In this document: positions 1 to 12,600 of the stretch, one piece after another
Position numbering within the stretch: the stretch's first letter is position 1
Layout: each line of letters begins with the position of its first letter
NCBI GenBank assembly: GCA_050575255.1
Contig: JBNZDD010013732.1
Span: 19,875,986-19,939,985, forward strand
Direction of reading: 5' to 3'
DNA length: 64,000 bases
DNA from: Harriotta raleighana
Lineage: Eukaryota
Made by a program: the position numbers and the translations under genes
The notes under the pieces: model-generated
What the model was told of the DNA's origin: nothing
Database searches by the model: none
Seen by the model: the letters and a program-made list of their open reading frames with translations, nothing else

Positions 1-607
1 GTGCACTGAGCACAATGGCAGACTTCATGGAGCACGGCTTGGGCAGACCTCTGAGACGTCTCTGTTCACTGGATAAAGCTGGGCTTTGTCTCTGTCCCGA
101 TTACAAGAAAGCAACGTGTAAACAGGCATTTCCGGAACCCTCTGAACGCCCCCTCCCCATTCCAGACACTTTTGCCTCAACAATAACACGTTTTCATGGC
201 CAAACAAGCAAATCCAAACCTGCGTCAGTTTCTCCAGTCTCTCAACAAGTAGTGTACTCAGCTCCTGAATGAGCATTCACACAACAGGGATTTTTGCAGA
301 GGGCCAAGTGCACGACACTCAGTTTCACTCAGTGAATTTACATTTGACCCGTTATTCTCATGTTAATAAAGTCTGTCCCCAAGTCTAACCTGGACAAACA
401 GCATGACATGCTGAAATATTCGGTAGAAGCTTTCTTTCACTGCTGTTACCCCAGTTCATTGCAAAAAGAAAAATCTGTGGTTTCTAAAAATTTGAGGAAA
501 AAATGGATCCCCATTTCTGGAAAAATGTGTTTGGTTACGAAAGCTCTCCCAGTTACGCTCCGTCTCCCTGATCTCAGCTGTACATCCAGACAATGTGACC
601 AACTCAG

Positions 608-682
608 ATACATATACACATACATATATCACGCACCATATACACTACACACCACATGCACTCAAAACACATATACAGACCC
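608..682. repeat. Degenerate (CA/TA)n microsatellite
   Basis: catatatacacatacatatatcacgcaccatatacactacacacc; explains the His/Thr/Tyr-rich ORFs here. Confidence 0.7.
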
Positions 683-1489
683 ACAGAAAGGAAAGAATGG
701 AAAAGGGCCCAAAGTCCCCTCCACACCTGCGATGTGCTCAGTCTATGGGACTCGTATGCTACCCACTTTATGTGGATAATGTAGAGCCCCATGCTGTGTG
801 CACAAATTTAAAAAACGAAAAAGTAAACCGTGTGGAGCAGCATCCATTACAGAACTCACTCTGCTCACCCGTTCACACACCAATACACAGATTGGGTTAC
901 TGCTCTATTTATTCTAGTGAATTTCAACAGAGCCCTCTCTCCTTACATCAGCAATCTAAAGTCATGTCTCCCACTGCAGGCTCTTTTTACACAAAAAGCA
1001 CCCATGAAATTGACCTTTTATCACAGCTACTTAATTGCTGTATATTAAATTTGATAGCCTTGAAAGGCAAGCACAAATCACAATGTAAACAATGTAATCT
1101 TGCGAGGTTTGTAACTTAAATGACTGAACCAGGCGAAATTTGGGAAATAAATGATGCCGTCCTAAAGGTCTCAAAATTAATTGCAGATGACTGAATGAAA
1201 GATTGTTTAATTAAAATTTAAACAGATTAATTAAATTTATGAATATTCTCCACACCACTTCCCACCATCTTGCTCACAAAGATTGTTACAGTGGCTTGTG
1301 TCATCTGGTAAGGAACGGGAACAGCTCAGAAAACTCCTGGCGATTGTCATAGAGACAGGATGAGTGGAACGCTATTGCCCCCTGTAAACTAGTCATACTA
1401 TGGCTCAAGAGTGATCCAATATAAAAATTGGTGTCACCGGGTATTACAAAACTGGGAATTTTTCAGGCAGTCACAGTAGTTTATTTTAT

Positions 1490-1800
1490 TCAAGAATTCA
1501 CAGGGTCTAGGCTGACACTCTAATACAGTCCTGGATGTCGTCCATTGTTTGGGTGCCATCCTTTGACTGAGACTTTAATCCAAGGTCCTGATGGTAAAGT
1601 CACTTTATCAAGGCCCTATTTTGATAAGAGAGTATCCTGGCTGACCATCCCCCAAATTCAATCTGGCCATTCACTTAGTTGTTGTTTGTGAGAAATTGAT
1701 GTGCATACATGGGCTGTGACATTTGCCTACAAAATTCACAGTCCTCTGGTACACTTTAAAGATTCCCTCTCCATGTGAAAGGCATTGTAACAAATGCAAG
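1490..1800 (+). mobile_element. Old Deu-domain SINE (SacSINE1/AmnSINE1-like), degraded
   Basis: gctgacactc...ccttt gactgagacttt aatccaaggtcc core, gttgtttgtgagaaattgatgtgcat..ggctg Deu-like block, tail atgtgaaaggcattgtaacaaatgcaag. Confidence 0.6.
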
Positions 1801-2769
1801 TGCTGACACATTTGAGTAGTTCCCATTTTTTAATTTGTAAAATTCCCAGATCTGGCTCAGAGCAGTAGAATGTGGCGAGTTCCCCAAATAGGGGCAAAGG
1901 GCAGGAGCTGGACCTGAATATTATCATATCCTATGATATAATAATATTATTGCCTTTATGTATTTTAGGAAACTCAAATATATTAAGAAAAGCAACATCC
2001 ATTCATATGTAAAGTGGCAGAGCTATTGGTCTGGCTGACCCATCACTGAAAACCCATAATTTAGACATGATGTCTACAGATAGTAATAATTACTGTCTCT
2101 AATTGTCACAATAATAATGATAATAATTATGATTACAATAACAACATTAATCATTGTCATCATTATTATTGTTATTAGTGTTTGGGGGGCAACTTTGCTT
2201 TTGCTACCAGGTGACCAACAAAGGCAGAGGAGACACCGAGCAAAGGAACTGGTTCAACCACCAGAGCCAACAATCCCACTGAGTATTTTATGGTTGCCAA
2301 TCACAGGCTGCCCCCAGCCTTACTCAGCGCTGCAATGTTCTGCTCAGAGAGGCTGAAACAGAGCCCAGGAGCTATATCACCCATCTGATTTTGGAAAAAG
2401 CTGAGAAAAGATTAAGAGGTAACAATGAGTAGAGCGATTTGTCAGAAAACAGAAACTAGCACCTCGAAGAACTCTATAAACAACAGGCATCTTGCTAGTC
2501 TTGGTGAGAATCGAACACCTGATTTACTAGTGCAATTAAATGGGCAGGCACGCTGGCTATCAGGGGTCCATTGATGCTATGATAATGCAAAGGATCACAA
2601 GTGCTATTTCTCCACACATATGGCCTTGACTCACTCTGCTCCAGCTAGACTGAGCAGAGGTGACTCAGGAAATCTCGCGAAGAAGTGTCACAACTTGGAT
2701 TCCATTACAAAACAATTTACACTTGTACGGCTTCTTTCACATCGGGTGAAAGTATCAAAGTGCTTAAAT

Positions 2770-2870
2770 ACAGTTGCTGCAGTTTAGTGAATTCTGTGAA
2801 GCATTTTGAGACGTCCTCCTGGCACGTATCAAACGCAAGTATTATTAATATAATTACTATTATTAGAATA
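2770..2870 (+). mobile_element. Deu-SINE/L2 3' tail fragment
   Basis: aattctgtgaagcattttgagacgtcctc...tatcaaacgcaagtattatt matches tail of intact copy at 62799-63124. Confidence 0.65.
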
Positions 2871-3980
2871 TGATTAATCCGCAGTAGAGAGCCTTGTGAA
2901 TGCTGTACTTCAATAACAAGTCCCCTGAGCAGAGATTGCGAGAAGTCAAAAAGAGACAGCAAAAACATCCAATCACTACTCCATAGAAACCGAGGGAATC
3001 AATCAGAACCTTAAAGTATTCCCTCTCTAAACAAACAGAATAAACACAGGAGCAGAGTATAGCAGCACTGAGCCGGGAACTCTAACTTGGAACCAACCTC
3101 CGTAACTGCTGTGTTTTCCTTGTGACTGTTACAATAAATGATTCCCTCTTGGCTACTTACAGCCCCCTCCCTCCCTCCCTCCCAGTTACTCTATGTCAGC
3201 AGGACTATTTAATATTAAAGGGACTCTTCCGTGCAGGATTCCACCCCATAAGTATCCAGCCTTTAAATCAGTAGGTCACTCACACTCCACCACCAACTCT
3301 GCCCCCAGCGTCCCAAAGAACAGCACAGATAACTCTCAGGAAAAAACAGCAACACGCTGGCAGGAACCTCAGCAGCTTCTTGCCCAATGCAAGCTAGACT
3401 CCAGCACTGAAAAAACAACAATGTACCATTTGGACAGTACAGCACAGCACAAGTCAAATCATCTGACTGCTGCTTGTAAGAAATGCCATTTGCCACATTT
3501 CTGCTAACCAGTTTAGCAAGTAATGCTTAACGCCCAACAGTACACCTTCCTGTGAGTAGTTGAACTGATTCACTCAAAGTTAACCCTTAAAGCATTGCTC
3601 ATCTTAGTCCTGGCATATCTTCGACATTGCGAATGCTGACGCTTTCGAAGAAGAAATCAACATTCCTTAAAGGCAGAAACAGGGTTGTGGTGAGTTACAG
3701 CACCTGAGTGCGTGTTGAGGCATAATAAGCAGAGCTGCTTGGTATTTCAATACTATGGACTGTCCTAAATAGGGAAGCAAGGTTGGCAGACCAGAGATTA
3801 CAAAGATCGGAGCAAAGCCTCTTTTATTCAGTGAATGTGACAGGATTAAATTGTACACTATTCACGCAGTATAAATTTTATTTGCTTGGGTTTAGTGAAT
3901 CGTATCAATAATTCAATGCCAACAAAACTCAGTGCCTCTCCAATTCAAATCATTTTTTTAAATTCCCCGTTTTTGATGTA

Positions 3981-4215
3981 GATGATCTCAGCCAGGGCAG
4001 TTGTAGGACTATTGTATTTAAGGGTGGGTGTGACAATTGGCTTCAGTGCGCCTGGGGCAAGGAGGAGATAAATCAGATAGGGTTCTGGCTCTGGATTGCT
4101 AACCAGCGACTTCTTCCAGGAATGTGCGCATATGTGGGTGGCAGGACCAGATGACAGGAGCTCCTCGTAGTCAAATAGCCTGTAGGCACTCAACTCTCCA
4201 ACCCTGAGGAATGGC
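3981..4215 (+). mobile_element. AmnSINE2-like ancient SINE fragment
   Basis: gatctcagccagggcag...acaattggcttcagtgcgcctgggg...aaatcagatagggttctggctctggattgctaaccagcgac; aligns by eye with copies at 34841 and 47170; family name from recalled consensus. Confidence 0.55.
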
Positions 4216-4335
4216 AATGTCCTGACCAGAGAACAATCAAAATCCCACTGGAGTGTGGGGAAAGCAAAAAACCCACAGGGAAATCATATCAAATGCATCC
4301 TATGAAGAACAGTCACTATCCAACAATATGGTATG

Positions 4336-4460
4336 ATAACAATTCTTATATTTGGAATAGCACCTTTCACGTTGGGAGGATGTGCTTCACAAAATTTAAT
4401 GGAAAGTGTAGTGACTGCATTTTGCAGGCAAATCATGCAAAGCAATGCCCTACAAAAGCC
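4336..4460 (-). mobile_element. Deu-SINE 3' fragment
   Basis: ataacaattcttatatttggaatagcacctttcacgtt...tgcttcacaaa...gtagtgactgcattttgcaggcaaa is the reverse complement of the SINE tail. Confidence 0.55.
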
Positions 4461-5129
4461 CCAACTATAGCAAATTGTATTTATATGACACTTTTCACAT
4501 CAACAGAATGTCACAAGACACTGGACAGTCAAGAGTCTCCATCTGAGCTGGTTGTTGGATTCAGGAGGGTTGCGGGCCAAGGAGTTGGGTTTGGAAGATG
4601 AATGATTGAAATTGGAGTGGTTAGCTCCAGGCTTGACAAGGTGAATGCTCACCTGCCCTGTCACTTCAACCATTATAGATTCTTGATACCCGAGTATAAA
4701 AATAGGATTTTTATTGACACAGTTTCAGGAAAGTTGGTGCCTGAAAGGTAGAGTAATTGAAGACTATCTATGTGAACTTGCACTTGCTTTTAATTTAGGA
4801 TTATTTTGAGGCTTTAAAAAGCAGGTACTTCTGTCTAGTGATGCCCAATCATCACCAGCCAAATCTTCAAAGTGGGGATTAACTATGAAGTTCATGGGGC
4901 CACTTCATCTGAAATATAACTGTACATGTCATAGAGCCAGCATGAAGATTTATATGATACTATTATAGTATATATTCTTCTCTCTACAAGTACAAGACAT
5001 GACACGCAAAGTGTGTGCATTGGAGTGGCTATCCGTCAACCAACTCCCGACGTAAAAGGCGCTATACAGATGTAATTTTGTTATTGTTACTTCCTGCATC
5101 AGTATACTACTTACATGTCAGGCAGGTAT

Positions 5130-5492
5130 GTCAGCCTCTCAATGGCAGGACACTTACCTCAGAGTTAGAGGGGTCAAGCCCTGCGTTGTGATTTGAACTC
5201 GCATAGATTAAGATGACACTCAATCCAGTATTGGAGGTGCCTGTTCCAGTGAACGTTAAAGGTCAGAAAGCACTATTTGAAAAGGATGGGAGTTTCTCTC
5301 AGTGTCCTAGCTAACAAATCCTCCAATAAAATTGATCATTCGATTCAGGCTTGTTGTGGGACATTGCTGTGTGAGATTGGGCAGCCAAATCGTCCTACAA
5401 ATACACAGACACTCACAGTAAATTCTGTGAAGCACTTTGGGACATCCTCCTGATGTGAAAATCGCTACACCAAAAGTATATTTATTATTACA
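5130..5492 (+). mobile_element. Old Deu-domain SINE, near full length
   Basis: tRNA-like head remnant, gaaagcactatttgaaaagg..ggagtttctc core, gttgtgggacattgctgtgtgagattggg Deu block, tail ctgtgaagcactttgggacatcc...gtgaaaatcgctac. Confidence 0.7.
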
Positions 5493-5749
5493 ACCTATTT
5501 TGAAGTCTTGTTTCTGCCCAGTAGCTGGTGTTGAAGACAAGTTCGTTTATAATCTTTAAGCCTTAATCATGAGTCTGAATATGAGATGATTTAAATTTAT
5601 TTTTCAATATGAAAAACAAGTACATCGCAACAAGGTGAAGGATCTCCCCTAAAATATAGTGTCTTGGGATTGAGGTTCTGGAGTGGTGTGAGGGCCGAGG
5701 CAGAGTTGTTGGAAGGATCCCCGCATTAATTCCGATAAAAATGGTTTGT

Positions 5750-5877
5750 GGTTCATAGCTGTGCACAAACAGCCTACAAAAAGTCACTACACTTCACATT
5801 AAAATCTGGCGAAGCGCTGTGAGACATCTGGACGATGTGATAAATCACTATATCAAATTCATGGATTATTATTATTG
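5750..5877 (+). mobile_element. Deu-SINE 3' fragment
   Basis: gaagcgctgtgagacatctggacgatgtgataaatcactatatcaaattcatggattattatt. Confidence 0.65.
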
Positions 5878-6879
5878 TGGGACACATGATCTTCTGGGCA
5901 TGGTGCTAATGCATGCGTCACCCTTTCACATCACGTGGTTTGACTGTGTGCAGAATGGAAAGGGCAAATACTTGTGCCAAGGTCTGATGAGTCAGCACTG
6001 TTTGACCAGCATGAAACAGAACCTCCACTTGCCCGGTGATCTGTGCCTGGATTCAGCAAATCAGTGATTCATTTGCCCGGACACCAGTGACAACAGAGTT
6101 CAAGTCACCAAACTTGCCTTGTTCTCAGATGAACATTCACAAGCTACTTGAGCATTCTCACTCGTGGATAACACCTGTGAGCTATTGCCTTCTCGCTCAG
6201 GCATTTCTAAGCCACAGAGCCTGAGACAAAATGCAGCAGGAAACTTCTTTCACACCATTAGATCAACGCAAGTAATGTGATAGCCGCACGTACGTAACTA
6301 TTCTCAATAAAACAATAACATTCAACCATCCATCCCTAAACGATTCCAAACGCGAGTTCTCGGTGCTGCACATTTGATTTCTGCTTTATCAGAACCCGAA
6401 CATAGTGCATCATTTGGACAAACTGCTGTATAAATGCCCGTCACACTATGTCTTTAAAATACAAACAAAAATATGTATGACAAATCACGGCACAGATAAC
6501 AGGGGAAAGGGAATGAGCCAGTCCAACCAGCAAATCCTGTTTTAAAATGCATCACCATTTTCCATCTACTTCCATTTGGTGCAACATACAGTATTTGTCT
6601 TCACTCCCTTGTTTAGGGAGTGCAGTAGGGGATGTTACATTAATTCCACGGCTGGCTCCACATCTGAATGGGATGGTATCTGAAAGTAACTGAGCTACGT
6701 CAGTCTCAGCTGAAACAGTGGACAGCGAATAAGGAGCTGAATTACGACTCGCAGCTGAGGCTATGAAACTCTAATCTTTAAATCTCTAAACTGTAATCTT
6801 TTGAGGTTCCACTTGTGAAAGCACAAACAACCCACTCACTGGGCAACCTGATGGGAGGTATTTGAGGATATAGAGGGTT

Positions 6880-7185
6880 ATTGTATTGGATGACAGGGTA
6901 AATAGCAACAGATGATTTCCAACGAGTCAGTAACAAAAGGGAAAAGGGAATTAAAGTGGTGGTTGAGAAATTCTCAACAGAAGATGACTGGAATGCCTAA
7001 TTCTTGCCAGAAATCATAGTGCAATCAGAGTAAGTAAATTCTTTTCAAAGGGCACAAGAAAAACAGTTCAAAAAGAGCAATATTAAGGGGTTTCGAGGAG
7101 CATCTGGGAAAGCGGATTTCGAGGAAAAGTGGACAAGGAACGGCAGCGCAGACTTGATGGGCCAAATGGTCTGTGTCTGTAATAT
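6880..7185 (+). mobile_element. CR1/L3 LINE 3' end remnant
   Basis: ttctcaacagaaga..tggaatgcc, ttcttttcaaaggg, ending gcagacttgatgggccaaatggtctgtgtctgtaat, the typical CR1 terminus (GGGCCRAATGGCCT..CTGTGCTG). Confidence 0.6.
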
Positions 7186-8124
7186 TGTCACAGTCCTATC
7201 TGGGGACCCAAAGCTGAGCTGCATCACTACAAGGCACTGGTCTGATCTACTCTACTCTGTTTCCAAAGTAACAGTTGGAGCTTTCTTTCTCAAGAAGACT
7301 CACTTAGCTGGGGAACCGTGGGGAGAGCAGTGACTCTGCTGAGGGGACTTCCTCTAATATCACACTTTTGTGGCAGTTATAAGCTGAGGGAAAGGCACGC
7401 CAGGAACATTATCACACAACAGTTACATTTCTTTGATAATGTAGTGTGACAGCGTTGGATTTATATCACTCAAAGTTATCTCGGCATCAGTTGTACCAAA
7501 ATAAATCTGATTCAGAATCCATTCACCTTTACTGACCATGTTAAGCCACATACTTGCGCAAAGCTTAACATTCAGAGGCACTGAAGCCTGCTGCCGATAA
7601 AAACACTGTTTACACTACTGGGTGGTTTCAACAAACAGGAAGGAGAGAGACCTGACCTGAGGCTGATCTACAACCACTGGTCCTGACCAGGACATCCTTC
7701 CAAGCGGTTGTAATGGGAACAAGCTTGAGCCTGTCCCCTCTTAAAGGGTCACTGTCTTTGTGAAAGGCTACACTGCAACGCCCTTGAGTTCTCAATTGCT
7801 TGGCAAATTTGCAAGAGTTTCGCCATCACCAGAAAGTGTCCTGTCCTGTAGGAGGAGGTTTCTGATTTCTGTTCATACGGTCTGCTCTGCTTAATAAGGG
7901 ACATTTAAAAGCTCATGTTGGGAAATCTCACTGAATCGCATGTTTTCCTGCAACTCATCACACAGATCACTCCCAGAAAGAGACTTGTTTGAGTATACGG
8001 ATATATAAAGACCAAGTCGAAAAAATCCAAGGACCTTGACTTTCCACGAAATCGGGCTGAGAGTCACATGTGTTCAATGATGATTGCAGCCAGAAAGATT
8101 GTGTTAAAGTGAGTAAATTGAGTT

Positions 8125-8272
8125 TGTGTGTCCATGAATGTGTGTATACACGCGAGTATGAACATGTACGAATGAAAGACTGACTTTGTGTGTATGCGTG
8201 AGTATGTGAAGTATGTGTGTAAATGTGTGTGTGCATGACAGAGAAGGAGAGCACGAATGGGTGAGTGTGTGG
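8125..8272. repeat. Degenerate (TG)n low-complexity tract
   Basis: tgtgtgtccatgaatgtgtgtatacacgcgagtatg...tgtgtgtgtgcatg. Confidence 0.65.
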
Positions 8273-9399
8273 TCTTCACGGGACATGTTCTGTGACTAAA
8301 ATAGGTCCGTGACATGCATGGTGTGAATTTCCTTTGCGAGTATCATTCATCGTGCAACATATGCAGAGTTGGAATCAGTAGTAAGCACAGTGGCAGGTGG
8401 ACACACCCCAACTGTCAGCACCACAGTTGATGCTGCTTTGGAGACAACGGATCAGGGCGTGCAGATGAAGCGAATGCCAAGTCATCTGGAGGAACAGTTT
8501 CCATATGGTACAAGAGGAGGACTGAGGTGGAGGAGGACTGAGGAATGGGGAAGTCAAGGTATTGACGAGTCTGGAAAGACATGGCTTTGATGAAATACTA
8601 ACGAGGAGTTTGATACCCACTGGGGTGTTGCAGTGAAAAACATGCTCACTTTCCATCTTAATATTTACCACCAGCAGGTGACTCTCTTCTCTGCAGAAGC
8701 CACGAGCCTTACTCCTTTACAAATAGCACAGATCTGTTTCCTTAAGCTGTTACAAGCTATACAAATCCTCCACCACTGATTCCTAACAGGGTGCACTAAA
8801 ACTGACACTGTCTGCCTGACCTTGCAGTTATTGATTAACTATCTTCCCATTCTTCCCCATCCTCCTCTACTACAGTGCACATTCACACAAACCAACACCT
8901 CAACGCAACTAACTACTGTCTTTTCAATGCCACAGCCAATGTGAGCCCCTTGTATATTTTTTTGATGGGAGGGGGAAAGAGAGAGAAGAAAGAACAGTCA
9001 CTTTCCTTCATTAAATACCCAAGTTGAGCCTGAATTGCCATCACTAATCCCCAAAATGTGACAACACTGAGTTTGACTACTGCTATAGGCACAGCATAAA
9101 CAAAGCATTTTAAGGTGCTGGGGTTGGAGGTTAAAGGTTAATTTAATCATTAAACACTTCAGGAAAGGAAATTTCCTTTTTAAAAAAAGTCTATCTTTTC
9201 GGAGAAGGCTGTTAAATGGGAGCACAGCTGCTTCTTGAAGGCCAGATGCCAGACAAAGGGAGGTTTGCTGGGTGCAGGAGGTGGGAGCAGAGGTCTGCAA
9301 ATGTGACCAATGCTCAGCAACACAGCTCCTTTTCCATTGTCGCTCCTCAAGTGTGCAGTAATCCCCTGAACAGGCTGAAATCCTCTTGTCTAAATGCTC

Positions 9400-9670
9400 G
9401 TTCGTGTGTCTGCATGTGTGTCTGTGTGGTATAGGTGTGACATATACAGATGTGAGTTTGTGTGTATAGGTGTGTGTTTATGTGTGGGCACAATTGGATA
9501 TATTCATGCTTTTAGAAACTGCATGTTTGGGTGTGGACGTATATGTGCAAGTACTCTTGCATATGTAGTTGTACAGACGTGTGTGTTTTTATGTGCATGT
9601 ATGCGCATGTGTATGTATGTATGTGTGTGGGTGTGTAGTGGAGTACATATGTGTGGAGAGAGAGAGAGGG
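9400..9670. repeat. Degenerate (TG)n microsatellite ending in (GA)n
   Basis: ~270 bp of imperfect TG/TATG units followed by gagagagagagag. Confidence 0.8.
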
Positions 9671-12600
9671 CAATCTGATTGATCACTAAGTTCACAAACC
9701 GAGCAGCAGGGGTTATCATGAAATACACCTGCAATAGGTACAGAGCGACAGTGAGCACACACGAGTGACCCAGACTCCAATGGACTGGACATGACTGCCC
9801 AATAAGGTTAAAATCTAAAATGTGTGTGGTTTGTTCAGAGAGCAAACAGCATTCTGAATGTCTGGTGGAGGAGGGGGGAGAACAGCAAATATAAAGGTTT
9901 TGCTCTTAGTTACCCTTAGATTGCTTAATATTTAGTGCAACTTGGTGGTCATCATTCTGAGATGAATAGGAAGCAAAGAACATTTGGGTGGGAAACCCGA
10001 GTCACATTATCACCCAAAGCTCTGACCTAATTGCCTTTGCCTCTTGTGTTGGGATCATAAAACAGAGGACATGGGACAGAGGTGGAAACGCAGCAAGATC
10101 TCAGTAGAAGAACGCTGACTGCAGCTTCTGATGCCATCAAGTGGAGAGGCTGAAGGTGACAAAAAGCACCTTCACAAAGGAACTACTACATGAACAGAGC
10201 TTTAGAGATCAGCTCTTTTACCTGTACATGTGTGTATTTGTATGTGCAAGTAGATGTATGTGAGTATATATCTACTTGTGCACGCACACACACATATGCA
10301 TTTAAGACTTTTATCAGAAAGCTTGCTCGCAATTCTGCATGTCTCTATGGCTTTGGGTAACTGAATTGCGCACAAAACCGCCGCACATCAGCCAAGACTT
10401 TTAACAAACCCTTCATCAGTCAAATATTTTAAAAAGGCACCTCTGCAAATGGAACGCAATACAAAAAGGTTTTATGGGACGGGCTAGTAAACATTAGGCA
10501 ATATTAAATGAGACATTAATCTAGAGATGTAGTAGATGATACTCTTTATGTTATTCAGTTAAACTGGATATGGATTTCTAAAGCTGCGCTTTTAGATAAT
10601 AAATGGTTCTCTGTCTCACTCATTCTTTCCCTGCTTCATTATGCATTCAGCTCAGGAGCCTCTCCTCCTGTGAGCGGCTGCTCATTTTCTACAATACCAC
10701 ATTTAATCCAGGCAGCAAACTTCGTAGCAGCATTAGCTTGTGTCCAAGACAAACCATGATGTGATTTCAGGGGGTTGGATGGGGGGGAAATGGAGCAAGA
10801 GAAACTGGAAGGAATGAACGTATGCGAGAGGTGTTCAAAAAGATCGAATACGGAAAGCAAAATATATTATATATATTTCATATATACTGTATGTATATGT
10901 ATCAGAAAGGTAATCTGTTTCACCAGCCTTAACCATCCAAGCTCCAGCAACCTTCTGATCCCTCCCTTTCCCTAGTGCATCAGTCAGATTAGAGGAGGTG
11001 AAAGAGTCTACAGCATACACAGAGCAAGTGGTTAAGACAAGCTCCTTCGAAGAACAAGCAACCTGATCCTAACTGGGATAAATAAAAACCCCGGCAACAC
11101 AAATGGTAGAAAATATAAGACTGGCGTTATATGCAGTAAAGAGAGCTTTTAATCTGGAGATTTCTGTACCATGAGTCTGTGGCATAATAGTTGATCTTTA
11201 ACCTCTTCCTCATGATTCTAACAAATGAAACATGAAAATCTCACTGGCAAACGTGACCAGGAGAAGCCTTAATCGAATGCAGGGGGAGGGGAAGGGTTGG
11301 GGGAAGGGAAAGGAGGATCTTTTACAGGAGTCGGTTGGAGGGAAAGTAACCAAGGTCAGAGGCCACATATTTGCCTGACTTTGGAGACAAGGAAGGTTGT
11401 GCAGAAGACAAATGTACAACTCAAAATGGTTCTCTAGTGCTGACTTCCCTGCAAGTTCCACCACTCTGCAGCTCAATACATGGAATCCACCTTCGTTATA
11501 TTATTTTATAGTATGAAATCCTAAACAAGCAGTTTGTGGTGTGCATGGGGTGGAGGTAGGGCGGAGGGGGGAAGAGATGCTATTATTTAGAAGCTACATC
11601 TGATTTATAACTTTGAAGCAAACCAGAATTGTAAATCTCGCACACAAATCTTCCTTATCACCCGCTTCAGGACGTGCAGTCCTGTAATGAATTCATGAGA
11701 ACAGACGGGCCACAACCTCTTCTCACCTACAGAAACATAACACTTACACCTCTAATTTGCTGGAGATTGCTTGCTGCCATGTTTAGATTGTCCTTGTGCA
11801 TGTGTTGTGTCAAAACGACCACGTCTTGCACAAAGCGGTTTGGAGCATACAAATTAGCATGAAAAAGCATTCTTTATCGTCGCAGAATGTCCCAAACTAC
11901 AGAGTAACAGATGCACAGTCACACAAATATGTGAGACGAGGCTGGGGGGCAGTCACAAAACTGTTGTGAGGACAGTTCAGATTATTCTTACAGGTTTAAA
12001 GGAAACAAGCTCCTGCCTCCACAGCACTTTGAATGGGCTAATTTACAGCCAGATATTTCAGCACTACAAGTGCACATTGCAGAGTGCAGGTGCAGGTCAG
12101 AAACACAAACACCACCTCACAAAAAGCAAATGACTAAATGCGAGGTGGCAGCTTTGTGAGACAATAAAATGCAGCCTCCAGTATTTGGTGCTTACGCAAA
12201 AAGCAAATCAGCAGCTATTATAAGGCGAACAGATGGGCTGCCACAAAATGCCTCTTTTTACATTACAGAACTGCTTCAACAAGAAGTTGGTGGGCGGAGC
12301 AAGCGGTGACTTGAGTTTGAGCCGCTGGGGCCCTGTGCTCTGTCTGGGGAGGGTCTGCACAGCCCAACGCTCTCAAAGCACATTGCTGACCGTATGGGTG
12401 GGCCGATAGCCTGTTTACTTCTCTCACTGTGTCATCTTGCTCCTATACTCTCCGTGTATCGGGGGTTGGCTACTCTGCAGCTGACGAACAGAAAAATGCT
12501 GTGAACAGCTTCTGTGTCATCATCCCCCAACTCACTCCACCCACCTCACCTCAAGGAGAATTTCACGGCAGCACAACCGTCTGTCACTGATCCTTGATAA

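Noticed and set aside
8064-8671. Overlapping ORFs on both strands
   Set aside because: Driven by degenerate TG repeat; no homology or convincing splice boundaries recognised
8666-8682. CTCF-like motif CCAGCAGGTGAC (similar partial matches at ~12140 and ~14988)
   Set aside because: Mismatches at core positions; such partial matches are expected by chance in 64 kb
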